From a virus, in IMG/VR virus record IMGVR_UViG_3300044922_000290, positions 32,432-96,431 of that record: DNA of 64,000 nucleotides, one strand, 5' to 3'. Below, piece after piece: positions 9,119-18,143 of the stretch (its first letter is position 1; every line of letters begins with the position of its first letter). The notes beneath the pieces are model-generated. The model was not told the DNA's origin, searched no databases, and saw nothing but the letters and a program-made list of their open reading frames with translations. The position numbers were made by a program, and so were the translations under genes.

Positions 9119-9682
9119 TTAAAGTATCTCTTTAATAAGAGAATCCAATTGTACTTCAATATCTTTTCCAAAGATAAGTGTTTTATTTGCTTTTATCAAA
9201 TCTAAATCGTATTCTGAAAGATTATTATCAGTTAAAGGATTAGTAATTTCTACTACTATTAATTCATCTTCACAATCATTATCTATACAATTAGCCAAAG
9301 CAAAATGTTCACTATCAAATCTTAAATCAGATACAATCACAAAAGAAGGTTTAGTTTCCCAAATATCTCCTGTACTTACTTGAAAATCATAATCTTTAAT
9401 TTTCTTTACAAGCTCTTCAGCAAAAACATTAGTACTAAATGCAGATTTTATAGCATCAGCAGTAGTTTCTAATAAATTTCTACCAACTTCTTTTTCATCT
9501 CTATTCTCCCAATTAAGAGGAGATTTTTTAGGAAAAAATGCTTTATCTACTATCTTCTTCAAAGGTTCAGCAAAAGATAATACTTTATTACTAATACCTT
9601 TTTCATCTAATTTCTTAGCCAACATAGCTGCTACTGTGGATTTACCTGAGCCATTTTTGCCTTTTAGTGCTATTATTTTCAT
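9119..9682 (-). CDS. deoxynucleoside monophosphate kinase (T4 gp1-like)
   Basis: P-loop GKNGSGKST, SFAEPLK, VSDLRFDSE. Confidence 0.8.
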   Translation of the reverse strand: MKIIALKGKNGSGKSTVAAMLAKKLDEKGISNKVLSFAEPLKKIVDKAFFPKKSPLNWENRDEKEVGRNLLETTADAIKSAFSTNVFAEELVKKIKDYDFQVSTGDIWETKPSFVIVSDLRFDSEHFALANCIDNDCEDELIVVEITNPLTDNNLSEYDLDLIKANKTLIFGKDIEVQLDSLIKEIL

Positions 9683-9873
9683 GCTTCTGTATCTAAATTA
9701 GTTACATATTTTACAGGAACTTTCTGTACTATGTTAATTACACCTTTAAGATATACATAATGCCCATATAATTCAGCTCTATGTTCATCAGTAATTACTT
9801 CTTTCAACTCTCTGTTTAATAGAACTTGTAACTTTTTATGTAATTGTCTTTTATACCTAGTAAGTTTGTCCAT
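9679..9873 (-). CDS. hypothetical protein
   Basis: 64-aa ORF coupled to the kinase. Confidence 0.5.
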   Translation of the reverse strand: MDKLTRYKRQLHKKLQVLLNRELKEVITDEHRAELYGHYVYLKGVINIVQKVPVKYVTNLDTEA

Positions 9874-9886
9874 AATAATAGTATAA

Positions 9887-9978
9887 AAAGCAAGCCAAGT
9901 ACCATCTAATCAGTTAAATACCTACAGTGTGCAGTAACTGTTTTTGTTAGTAAATAATTTCTCAGCTTGGCTTGCTTT
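9887..9978 (-). ncRNA. intergenic long hairpin element
   Basis: Perfect 13-bp inverted repeat AAAGCAAGCCAAG/CTTGGCTTGCTTT, plus inner stems CAGTTA/TAACTG and CTGCA/TGTAG. Confidence 0.5.
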
Positions 9979-9989
9979 ATAGTTTTTAA

Positions 9990-10373
9990 TTAAGCTTTCT
10001 TTTCAGCAGGAACTGAATAAATTGCTGCTTCGTCAGCCTTAAACTCTGCAATTTCTTCTTGCAAAGCTGCAATTTGGTTTTCATAACCCAAGATTACATT
10101 ACGTTTAGCACGTACTTGTTTTAGGTAAGTAACACAATAGCTTTCTGCACCTTCTGTAGTGTTTACACTATCAGGATTTACATTAAGGATTGTTTCGTTA
10201 AGATCTTCTTTGGCATCAACAATCTTTTCTTCAAGAGTTTCAATTTGATCCTCACGCATAGAAATTTGTTTAGCCAGATGTTTATCTAACTTACCTTCAA
10301 AACGAGTTAGTTTTGCTTCATCACCGCCTTTAAGAAAGGCTAATACACGGTCTTTTAAATTTGACTTTTTCAT
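9990..10373 (-). CDS. coiled-coil hypothetical protein
   Basis: 127 aa with heptads; codon pattern resembling highly expressed genes. Confidence 0.7.
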   Translation of the reverse strand: MKKSNLKDRVLAFLKGGDEAKLTRFEGKLDKHLAKQISMREDQIETLEEKIVDAKEDLNETILNVNPDSVNTTEGAESYCVTYLKQVRAKRNVILGYENQIAALQEEIAEFKADEAAIYSVPAEKKA

Positions 10374-10383
10374 TGTTTGTTGT

Positions 10384-12312
10384 TTATAAATTGATTATTG
10401 ATTTCTTTTTGTACTTTTTAACTATTGGTAAATCTAATTGTTGATTAATTGGTTTAGCTAAATACTCTACTTCACTAAACTGATACTTTTGCTTTTTAGG
10501 CTCTACAAAAGTAAAACAATCTTCTGGAACTAAAGGATATTTATCTACAAATTCTTGTTTAGGAGAACTTATAATTTCTGCATACTTTCCATTTGCATAA
10601 AGAAATCCTGGAGTTTGCCCAGTTCCTACTTCTTGGTTAGAATACTTCTGTATTTCTCCTTGTAAAGTACATTCTCCATAAGTAGCTTCTCCATGATGAC
10701 TTAAAGGTATTACAGTATCTCCTTCTTTGTAACGAAGCCTACAATAATGTAATATTCTATCTATACTTGCAGTAGAACTAGGTTCACTTGGTTGTAAATG
10801 TTTATCTGGTAAAGGTACATTATAACCTTGAACTTTAGCTATTTCTTCTGGAGTTGCTTTACGCAGGTCTTTTATTTCTATCCAACCATTTCCATCGTAT
10901 TTAAGCTCTCTATTAAACATACGAACTGCTATACTACCATCAAGAGTTTCAATCTGATAAGCTTCACCAATATTTCTATCATGGCTAGTATTATCATTTA
11001 ATGGTACAACCCAATCTCCTACTTTAAATTCTTCTGAAGTATTAGTTTTAGGTTCTGATACTATTTCTGCCCATTTACTCAACTTTTTATCATAAAGTAC
11101 TCTTTCATAGTTAGTATTTCCATATTTACTATTAGTTGAGTGGGATTGTTGCTTATCTGTATAAGCAATTATATCTCCATCTTTATCAGCTTTAATGTAA
11201 AAGTGATTTGTAACTACACAATACATGTCATCATCCAACTTTATTTGTACATGAGCAGGAATAAACTTAGTACCTATTGGATAACGTTGTTTAGCTTGAG
11301 AAATTAAATCTTCTTCAATAGACTCTTCTTTAACTTCTTGTTTATAACCTATTAAAGTACATAATTCTGATAAAGATAGTTGTTTTTCAGCACCCTGTTT
11401 ATTATTATCTACACCAAAAGATTGTTCTAGCCCTTTAGTACCATCTTCAATGAAAAAATACTGGTTACTTTCAAAACTTTGATAAGTATTATCTGTAATA
11501 GTTCTCCATGTGCGAGGTAAAGATATATTCTTATTACACCATTCTTTTAGTTTATTAAATATATCCTCTGTAAAATCAGGTTCATATTTAACATAAAAAG
11601 AATGTTTTTCTTTAACTTCATTAGGATTAAATCCAACAGGCATTACTTCAAACTTAGGTAAATGAACTACTTCAATACCAAATCCCGTATGATTATCTCT
11701 AACTCTAGTTACATCGTATGTATTACCCTGATGATTATACTTAGTTATAAGTAAATATTCTCCTATATCCATACCTATACATACAGGATTATTAACTAAA
11801 GCTTTCAAGTACCTACCAACTAAAGTTTCTTTAGGATTTTGTTGAGCATCAAATGAAGTTTTATCAGAGATTTTATAATCAGTACATAAACTTCCTGAAT
11901 TTCCATCAAATGTAATAGAAGCAATAGAACCTTGAAAACCTTTTAATTTAAGTCTTTCTGTTTTAGGATTATAGCTTTCTACTTCATATATTTTACCTAC
12001 AACATTAAAATCATTAACAGATAAATCAGTATTAGAACCTTTAATACATTCTACATATTCTGGAATAACTTCATATACATTTAAATCAAATTTGCCATCA
12101 TCTCCTATTCTATAATAATTAGTACTAATATAGGCACCATCTGCTTTTATCCAATTTACTTGCACCCAAAGATATTTAGGTGTAGTAGGAAAATGAGTTT
12201 CATTATCAACAATTACACCATACTCAGCACCTATTCCCTGACCTGCAAATTGAGAATCTTTATCTAATAATACTTTTAAGCCTACTACGGCATTTTCTTT
12301 TGTTACTTTCAT
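10384..12312 (-). CDS. large multi-module hypothetical protein (tandem SH3/KOW-like small domains)
   Basis: Recurring module starts VGLKV, VGKIYEV, VGRYLKAL, RYPIGTKF, FKVGDWV, RYKEGDTV. Confidence 0.7.
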   Translation of the reverse strand: MKVTKENAVVGLKVLLDKDSQFAGQGIGAEYGVIVDNETHFPTTPKYLWVQVNWIKADGAYISTNYYRIGDDGKFDLNVYEVIPEYVECIKGSNTDLSVNDFNVVGKIYEVESYNPKTERLKLKGFQGSIASITFDGNSGSLCTDYKISDKTSFDAQQNPKETLVGRYLKALVNNPVCIGMDIGEYLLITKYNHQGNTYDVTRVRDNHTGFGIEVVHLPKFEVMPVGFNPNEVKEKHSFYVKYEPDFTEDIFNKLKEWCNKNISLPRTWRTITDNTYQSFESNQYFFIEDGTKGLEQSFGVDNNKQGAEKQLSLSELCTLIGYKQEVKEESIEEDLISQAKQRYPIGTKFIPAHVQIKLDDDMYCVVTNHFYIKADKDGDIIAYTDKQQSHSTNSKYGNTNYERVLYDKKLSKWAEIVSEPKTNTSEEFKVGDWVVPLNDNTSHDRNIGEAYQIETLDGSIAVRMFNRELKYDGNGWIEIKDLRKATPEEIAKVQGYNVPLPDKHLQPSEPSSTASIDRILHYCRLRYKEGDTVIPLSHHGEATYGECTLQGEIQKYSNQEVGTGQTPGFLYANGKYAEIISSPKQEFVDKYPLVPEDCFTFVEPKKQKYQFSEVEYLAKPINQQLDLPIVKKYKKKSIINL

Positions 12313-12329
12313 AGTCTTGTTATAAAAAT

Positions 12330-12379
12330 AAACCTCTCTAAAAATTCTTCATCCGCATAAAGAACCAAACTTGAGGTTT
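12330..12379 (-). terminator. hairpin with U-tail (terminator or processing site)
   Basis: Outer stem AAACCTC/GAGGTTT, inner stem TTCTTTAT/ATGAAGAA, followed by ATTTTT on the minus strand. Confidence 0.45.
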
Positions 12380-12397
12380 GTATAGTTTAAATTATAA

Positions 12398-12946
12398 TTA
12401 CGCTTCTTGCAAGCCTAATGCTTCTACTGATGTAGATTCAGCACGTAGGAATGTATGAGAAGGTTTACCAAATACAAGAGAAGTATGACGGTAAACTTCT
12501 TTACCATTAGCCATTACTACTTCACCTGTAGAAGGATTAATCTTTGGGTCAATAGTAAGAGGTTCACCTGCTGCATTACGAGCAATAATAGAACCATTCA
12601 TACGGTAAGGAGAGTTATTCTCTGTACACTGAATGTTTACTTCAACAGGAGCACCTGCTAGTTTAGCATACAAATCTTCAGCAAACAAAACTTCGTCTTT
12701 CTCAATGTAATCTTGTACTTTAACACCTGCTGAATAAGCTACACCTGATTTAGCAGATATAACTACAGTTAGTTTTTGGGTGTTTTTAATACCTTGCAAT
12801 AACAGAGATGGATTTACCGCCTCAGAGTTATTTTGGATTTGTTGTACTAATTGGATACCAAGTTGATTCTTTGTAGAACCTTCATTTACCCATACTTTAC
12901 GAATTAATGCTTTGCCTGTTGCTAAAGCTGTTTCAAAATTTGTCAT
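12398..12946 (-). CDS. crAss-like early hypothetical protein (possibly ssDNA-binding)
   Basis: 182 aa; C-terminal PKINPSTGEVVMANGKEVYRHT. Confidence 0.7.
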   Translation of the reverse strand: MTNFETALATGKALIRKVWVNEGSTKNQLGIQLVQQIQNNSEAVNPSLLLQGIKNTQKLTVVISAKSGVAYSAGVKVQDYIEKDEVLFAEDLYAKLAGAPVEVNIQCTENNSPYRMNGSIIARNAAGEPLTIDPKINPSTGEVVMANGKEVYRHTSLVFGKPSHTFLRAESTSVEALGLQEA

Positions 12947-13054
12947 AAAAATAAAAATTAAAATATAAAAAATTGTTCAACTGCTATTCAATATCCAGCA
13001 GTCCATATACTTGAGTTATTACGTTACACAAGTTTTAACGTACTTTAGCTTTAC

Positions 13055-13414
13055 TTAATCCTCTGCTACAATAGCTTTTTTCTGAGATAGGATAAGTTTT
13101 TCAGCTAATTTTGTTGTTTCCTTAACTGTAAAGTCAGGATTAATAAGAAATAATATATCTTTCTTTTCAGCAAGACTATTATCTTTAAAGAGTAAAGAAA
13201 AGAACAATCTGTCTATGGATTGATTCCTAAAGGCTTTTTCATTCTCCAGGATAGAACGCCATTCAGAACCTAATAAACTTCCATAGTACTTGTCATCAAC
13301 TAAAAATCTTGTTAGTAATCGTTCTATTTCCGAATTTAGTAAGAATCTTACAGGCACAAACTTTCCATTAGCATCTAGCCAACAGAGTTTTCTATCATTA
13401 GAGTGGTTTCTCAT
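13055..13414 (-). CDS. hypothetical protein
   Basis: 119-aa ORF. Confidence 0.6.
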   Translation of the reverse strand: MRNHSNDRKLCWLDANGKFVPVRFLLNSEIERLLTRFLVDDKYYGSLLGSEWRSILENEKAFRNQSIDRLFFSLLFKDNSLAEKKDILFLINPDFTVKETTKLAEKLILSQKKAIVAED

Positions 13415-14175
13415 AGTAGTTGTTTAAATGTTGTTTCTAAAGCACCAGGTTCTTGTGTTGCAAATACAAATGAATCTTTAATCTTCAATAGCTTTGCCAA
13501 GAACTTAGTGTGGTCATATTTACTACCAACTTTAGATAAGAAATTAAGATACTCTGAACAAGCATATTTATTTTCTGACCTGTTCATGCGAGGTAAGATT
13601 TTAAATACATCAGTAAGATAATCTAATTTCTTCTTGGCTCCCGCTTCATCGTAAATAGTAAAAGTACCATCTTTAATGTATTTTGAGATAGAAGAGCCAC
13701 CTGCACTAACATTAATAGTCCTATCAGATAGTATAGAAGCTATAATAGATAATTCAAAATCGTAGATTTCAAAATACCTATTAAGTTTCTTGTAATCATC
13801 TTTTATTGAAGCCCAAGAAGTAATAAAATCTAATAGACACCAAGATTTACTACTTGCATTTAGCGAAGCAATCTTTTCTATTAATTCTTGTTGGTTTTTT
13901 ATTGCAATAAAAGTACAAGGAATGTCTATACCAAGACGTAAACAAGCAGTATAAAGATGTTGTCCATCAATAATGTAAAGCTTTTCTATACCATCAATAA
14001 ATGATATTTTAGCTACTACAACAGGACGTATAATTTTACCTATTCTCATAATAGCATTAGCTATTTTAGTAACATGGCCAGGGCCTACAGCTCTGTTTAT
14101 ACCTGCTAAAAAATGTAGTCCCTTTTTACTTGTTGGTTTAAGAATCAGGTCTACGGTTAAAGGTAGTATGTTCAT
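13411..14175 (-). CDS. ParB N-terminal/DGQH-domain protein
   Basis: INRAV..GHVTKIANAI...RPVVV...LYIIDGQHLYTAC..LG...IASLN is the ParB/Srx-fold pattern. Confidence 0.75.
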   Translation of the reverse strand: MNILPLTVDLILKPTSKKGLHFLAGINRAVGPGHVTKIANAIMRIGKIIRPVVVAKISFIDGIEKLYIIDGQHLYTACLRLGIDIPCTFIAIKNQQELIEKIASLNASSKSWCLLDFITSWASIKDDYKKLNRYFEIYDFELSIIASILSDRTINVSAGGSSISKYIKDGTFTIYDEAGAKKKLDYLTDVFKILPRMNRSENKYACSEYLNFLSKVGSKYDHTKFLAKLLKIKDSFVFATQEPGALETTFKQLL

Positions 14176-14429
14176 TATAATGTAGTTATAAAAACATTAA
14201 ACCTTGGTTTTGATTTAGCCAAATCAGCTAACAGCTGTAATTGGTTAGATTTGTAGTTAGCATTTAACTTTGCTAGCTTATGGTGCAGTTTCTCTAACTT
14301 TAACTCTGCTTTTTCAGCAGTAGTCTTAGTAAAGTCTACAGATGTAACAGGTGGATGCCATAGTTCGTGCTCTATCATCCATTGAGCTGACCAACTCTTG
14401 ATTGGTTCTACTTTGTTTTTATGGTTCAT
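14175..14429 (-). CDS. hypothetical protein
   Basis: 84-aa ORF, coupled. Confidence 0.55.
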   Translation of the reverse strand: MNHKNKVEPIKSWSAQWMIEHELWHPPVTSVDFTKTTAEKAELKLEKLHHKLAKLNANYKSNQLQLLADLAKSKPRFNVFITTL

Positions 14430-14713
14430 TTTGTTTTGTTTATTAAGTGTTTAATAAATTTTATTCTTGGAGCTTTAACATCCATTGGCCACCAATATCC
14501 TCTTTTATACCTATATTTATTTTTAAATATAAATAATGTATTTTTAAATAATTTGGGCCTTTCTGAATTAAAATGGTTTAATAAAGCATAGTATTCTTCC
14601 ATTGTTATTTTACTAAACCATTTTAAATCTATTATAGCGCAACAAATACCAGAATGATCATTTGTTTCAAATTCTATTAAAAGTAATTTGTACAATTCGT
14701 TTAAAGTTTTCAT
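14426..14713 (-). CDS. hypothetical protein
   Basis: GICC...YWWP...RIKFI pattern. Confidence 0.6.
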   Translation of the reverse strand: MKTLNELYKLLLIEFETNDHSGICCAIIDLKWFSKITMEEYYALLNHFNSERPKLFKNTLFIFKNKYRYKRGYWWPMDVKAPRIKFIKHLINKTK

Positions 14714-14924
14714 ATTGTTTAAATAAAAATGGGTACTTGGCTACACTCTAAACAAACATAGCCTTTCCCCATAATGTTAATAAGTAAAAGTGACAATGTA
14801 TTTATCACCTTCATATCGTAGTTTGTTGATTACAGCACCATATAGCTTTTGTAATCTGTCCATAAATGGTTTAAGTGTAGACCATTTGTCAAAATAGAGT
14901 GTTCTTTTTTTCATTGTTGTTTAT

Positions 14925-15113
14925 TTAGTAATAATTAGTTACACGATAAGCTACAGTTCTGTTTAACTTAGCTTTAGCTTTAATTCTACTAAGTATATTC
15001 ATCTGTTCTGTAACAGTAATATACTTTCTGGCTTCTAATACTCTTTCAAGTAGTTTTTTATTAACCCCCTGATGTATTATATCCATTCCTGTATTATCAT
15101 TTAGTTTTAACAT
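14925..15113 (-). CDS. hypothetical protein
   Basis: 62-aa ORF. Confidence 0.45.
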   Translation of the reverse strand: MLKLNDNTGMDIIHQGVNKKLLERVLEARKYITVTEQMNILSRIKAKAKLNRTVAYRVTNYY

Positions 15114-15318
15114 AAACTGTATCTATTTTTTGTTCAAATTTAGTGTACTTAATAAGTTCTCTAAGAATAGTTGGGTAATTTAATCCTGTTACTACCAAAG
15201 ATGGGCTAATAACAACTATTACAAAGAGAATTATTTTAAATGTCCAAACATATTATCTTCATTACTTTCAGGGTGTTTATAATTACCTGAACCTTCTATT
15301 TTTATCATAATTAATAAG

Positions 15319-15573
15319 TTAACCTATTATTCTTCTAATAGGTATAAAGTATGAAGAAGATTCTCCTAATATAGCCTCTTCTTGAAACCACTCCTCTTCC
15401 ATATAAGTTTGAGATTCAGGCCATTCTACTAAAGAATAACCATTTTGAGCAGTTTCTATAAATAAATTAACATTATCTAAAGTTTCTTTATCTTCAGGGT
15501 TATTTTTATCTAATCCTAATTCATCTATTCCTTGTCCTATTACTTCTATTGTATCTTCTAATTTTGTTTGCAT
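15319..15573 (-). CDS. hypothetical protein
   Basis: YSLVEWPESQTYMEEEWF...SSYFIP pattern. Confidence 0.6.
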   Translation of the reverse strand: MQTKLEDTIEVIGQGIDELGLDKNNPEDKETLDNVNLFIETAQNGYSLVEWPESQTYMEEEWFQEEAILGESSSYFIPIRRIIG

Positions 15574-15751
15574 GTTGTCGTTATTTAATAAGTATAATTA
15601 GGTGGTAAAGTAAACTCTGCTGGATTAGTATAATAAGCATATATATCTCCATCACTTTTTGGTTTAGGAAAATTAGCTCTACCAGTATTTGTTAAAATAT
15701 TATACCACCAATCTAATGCTTTTTTCATAGTTGTATTATTTAATAAGTTAA

Positions 15752-15839
15752 AAACTATACTGAACAGTTTGTGGGTTTTCTGCGTATTTCCATACTAACC
15801 ATCCATTAACTGTTTTGCGGTTATCTATCAGTATAGTTT
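15752..15839 (-). ncRNA. intergenic structured element
   Basis: Perfect 12-bp inverted repeat AAACTATACTGA/TCAGTATAGTTT, with inner AACAGTT/AACTGTT stem and GTAT-GGAA-ATAC hairpin. Confidence 0.5.
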
Positions 15840-15942
15840 ATTGTTTAGGTCGAGGCCAACAATATTTAAAGTATTTTAACAGCAATATATAGTAATACTA
15901 TAATTACTCCTATTATTTTCATTGAAATATTTGTTTTCATAG

Positions 15943-16161
15943 TTATATTAAATTTAATACTGGTGTAATACTATCACATACTTTTTTACCTAAAGGAGTT
16001 ATGTAATAATATATATTTTCAGAATCAGTTCTATCAATAAATTCTTTTTCTTTTAAATATACTATTATATTTGAATCAAATTTATCTCTTATTTGAACTG
16101 TATTGTATTTATGTCCTTTATTTTTTATAAATAATAAGGCTAAAAATTGTTCTTCATTCAT
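15943..16161 (-). CDS. small winged-helix-like protein
   Basis: LKEKEFI...YYITPLGK resembles a wHTH wing. Confidence 0.5.
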   Translation of the reverse strand: MNEEQFLALLFIKNKGHKYNTVQIRDKFDSNIIVYLKEKEFIDRTDSENIYYYITPLGKKVCDSITPVLNLI

Positions 16162-16199
16162 AGTTAATAAGTTTATTTAAATCTTAAAAGCCATTTTAA

Positions 16200-16424
16200 C
16201 TAAAAATATGAATTTACTACTAAAAATCCTATAAATTCATAATTATCTCCAGTAGTCTCTGCTTCAACAGTATAATTATTAGTAACTGATAAAGTTTGAT
16301 AATGTTGATAAATCCATTTTTTAATAGAATCTTCAGTAAATTCTATATTAATTGTAAGCTCTTCAGTAAAATTAAATTTACCTCTAGGCTTATAGAATGT
16401 TATTTTTAGTTTAAATTCCTTCAT
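16200..16424 (-). CDS. hypothetical protein
   Basis: 74-aa ORF. Confidence 0.55.
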   Translation of the reverse strand: MKEFKLKITFYKPRGKFNFTEELTINIEFTEDSIKKWIYQHYQTLSVTNNYTVEAETTGDNYEFIGFLVVNSYF

Positions 16425-16449
16425 AATAATAGTCTTTGAGGTTTGAATG

Positions 16450-16653
16450 TTATTTGTCTATTACTTGTTCATAATAATCAGCTGCTACTATTCCTGATGT
16501 CCACCAACCTATTAATACAGTATAAGCGTAGAACCAATTAGGGTCAGTAATAACTGATTGATAGTTAAACCATAACATACCAAATAATGATAGTATGAAG
16601 AATAAAGCTGCAAATACAGCTATAAAGATAATGAATAAGATGAAGTATTTCAC
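16450..16653 (-). CDS. small membrane protein
   Basis: GTG start at 16653 after an A-rich leader; two TM segments. Confidence 0.55.
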   Translation of the reverse strand: MKYFILFIIFIAVFAALFFILSLFGMLWFNYQSVITDPNWFYAYTVLIGWWTSGIVAADYYEQVIDK

Positions 16654-16679
16654 GTTGTTTGTTTTTAGAGTTAATAAAA

Positions 16680-16846
16680 ATAAAGTATCTGTGCTATTAT
16701 TCATAGTATGAACCTATACACCAAGTTTCCTGATACTTTATGCATTAATGTTCGCCATTTATGCTTAACGGTCTGTAACCTTTAGATTCTCCAAAGGTAG
16801 TGTTTCTAATGTATGTTATATAACAGACTTTCCATATACATTAGCT
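16680..16846 (-). ncRNA. multi-hairpin structured intergenic RNA candidate
   Basis: Stems CTAATGTAT/ATACATTAG, ACCTTTGGA/TCTAAAGGT and ATAAAGTATC/GATACTTTAT; possible GTCTGT/ACAGAC pseudoknot. Confidence 0.45.
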
Positions 16847-16849
16847 AGA

Positions 16850-17155
16850 TTATTGCTCTGTTGATTGATTCTCAAAAGCATTAAGGTCAGATTCATCTAA
16901 ATAAAGAGAATAAAAATGAGCTTCTACAATCATTGAGGCTTCATCATAAGCCCATTGAAGTATATGGCTAGCATTATTATAATCCTTCATCTTTTTTAAG
17001 ATAGATAAATAAGGCGCAAAGTCTTTTTGTTCAAATTTATGAGCATTAAATGCCATATTTTGTACAAGAACACTTGCTGTAATAACCATATTCCATTTAT
17101 AAAGGTCGCCTAAATCTCTAAGCAACTCTTCTAATTTTGTTAATTCTTGTTTCAC
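16850..17155 (-). CDS. hypothetical protein
   Basis: 101 aa, GTG start. Confidence 0.6.
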   Translation of the reverse strand: MKQELTKLEELLRDLGDLYKWNMVITASVLVQNMAFNAHKFEQKDFAPYLSILKKMKDYNNASHILQWAYDEASMIVEAHFYSLYLDESDLNAFENQSTEQ

Positions 17156-17187
17156 GTTTCTGTTTGTTTGAGTTAGTAATAAAATAA

Positions 17188-17426
17188 ACTATAGTACTAT
17201 CAACAGTCTTCAAGTTACTTTATGAAGCTCTAAGTTTAAGCTGAAGAATATACCAATGGTTATACTCTTGTCATACTATAGTAGTAATTGTAATTCTATC
17301 GTACTCTAAATGGAACTTCAATCCACGTCTCTGAGCATACAATAGTTTTCATAGGTTATTTAAGCCTACTATTACAAGTAAGAAAGTTCACCCAAAACTG
17401 ACATTACATCAATCTCAGGTGAACTC
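17188..17426 (-). ncRNA. three tandem structured RNA elements
   Basis: Closing stems at 17188-17282 and 17288-17377, and a 19-bp hairpin at 17384-17426 with six G-U pairs on the minus strand. Confidence 0.55.
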
Positions 17427-17432
17427 AAAGAG

Positions 17433-17783
17433 TTAATTTTCTAAGTGAGATATATGCTCTTTATACATCATTTGATCATATACATCTGTTGAAGTACGAG
17501 TTTTTAAATAAATCAAGGCTTTATTTTTTAAGTTCTCTTTTTCATTAGATATATCTAAGTTCAAATGCTCTTTTAACTGTTTACTTGTTAGTAATCCCTG
17601 ATATTTACCATTTCGGTAGATTTCAGCAGCTAGAAAAGGTTTTGATATAAAAGCAAATTGTTCTTCTCCACTTAACCAGTCTTTCCAAATATGTTCTTGG
17701 TACGTATGAACTGGTAATAATAGACTTAAAACTATTTTAAGGTCTATATCATTTTTTGGTTGGATTGTTTCTGTAAAAGTCAT
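17433..17783 (-). CDS. hypothetical protein
   Basis: Likely start at MTFTET. Confidence 0.6.
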   Translation of the reverse strand: MTFTETIQPKNDIDLKIVLSLLLPVHTYQEHIWKDWLSGEEQFAFISKPFLAAEIYRNGKYQGLLTSKQLKEHLNLDISNEKENLKNKALIYLKTRTSTDVYDQMMYKEHISHLEN

Positions 17784-17883
17784 TGTTATGTTTTTTGAGT
17801 TTGAGCTACCATGCACTCCTTGTATTTATCATTGTTTATACTCTATGAAAGGAACATAAAAGAGTTAATAATCCCTCTGCACT

Positions 17884-17941
17884 CAGTTGTAATACACGAG
17901 ACTATCCGACCTGTCTCTCACGGTTTGATGTATTACAACTG
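17884..17941. ncRNA. hairpin element
   Basis: Perfect 13-bp inverted repeat CAGTTGTAATACA/TGTATTACAACTG with inner GAGAC/GTCTC stem. Confidence 0.45.
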
Positions 17942-18143
17942 CTCACCCTTGGGAAGTGAGTTATGGTGCATTAATTATGAAGGTTATCTGAACACCTACA
18001 AACGCCAGTAGCTTACTGGATAGACACGAGGTTAAAGGAATCGTGACAATACTTTATTGCTATAATATTATAAGATAAACAGGGTAAAATACTACAGTTT
18101 TCAGGATGTTGGAAAGGATAGTTGGTAATCCATTATAACAAAT

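Noticed and set aside
17241-17247. CTGAAGA hammerhead-like core
   Set aside because: It is on the non-coding strand and has no correctly placed GAAA or stems.
17886-17939. GTTGT...ACAAC element resembling Bacteroidota type II-C/VI-B CRISPR repeat ends
   Set aside because: Single copy, 54 nt, with no spacers or cas genes. Kept only as a hairpin; a solitary repeat mimic cannot be supported without a database match.
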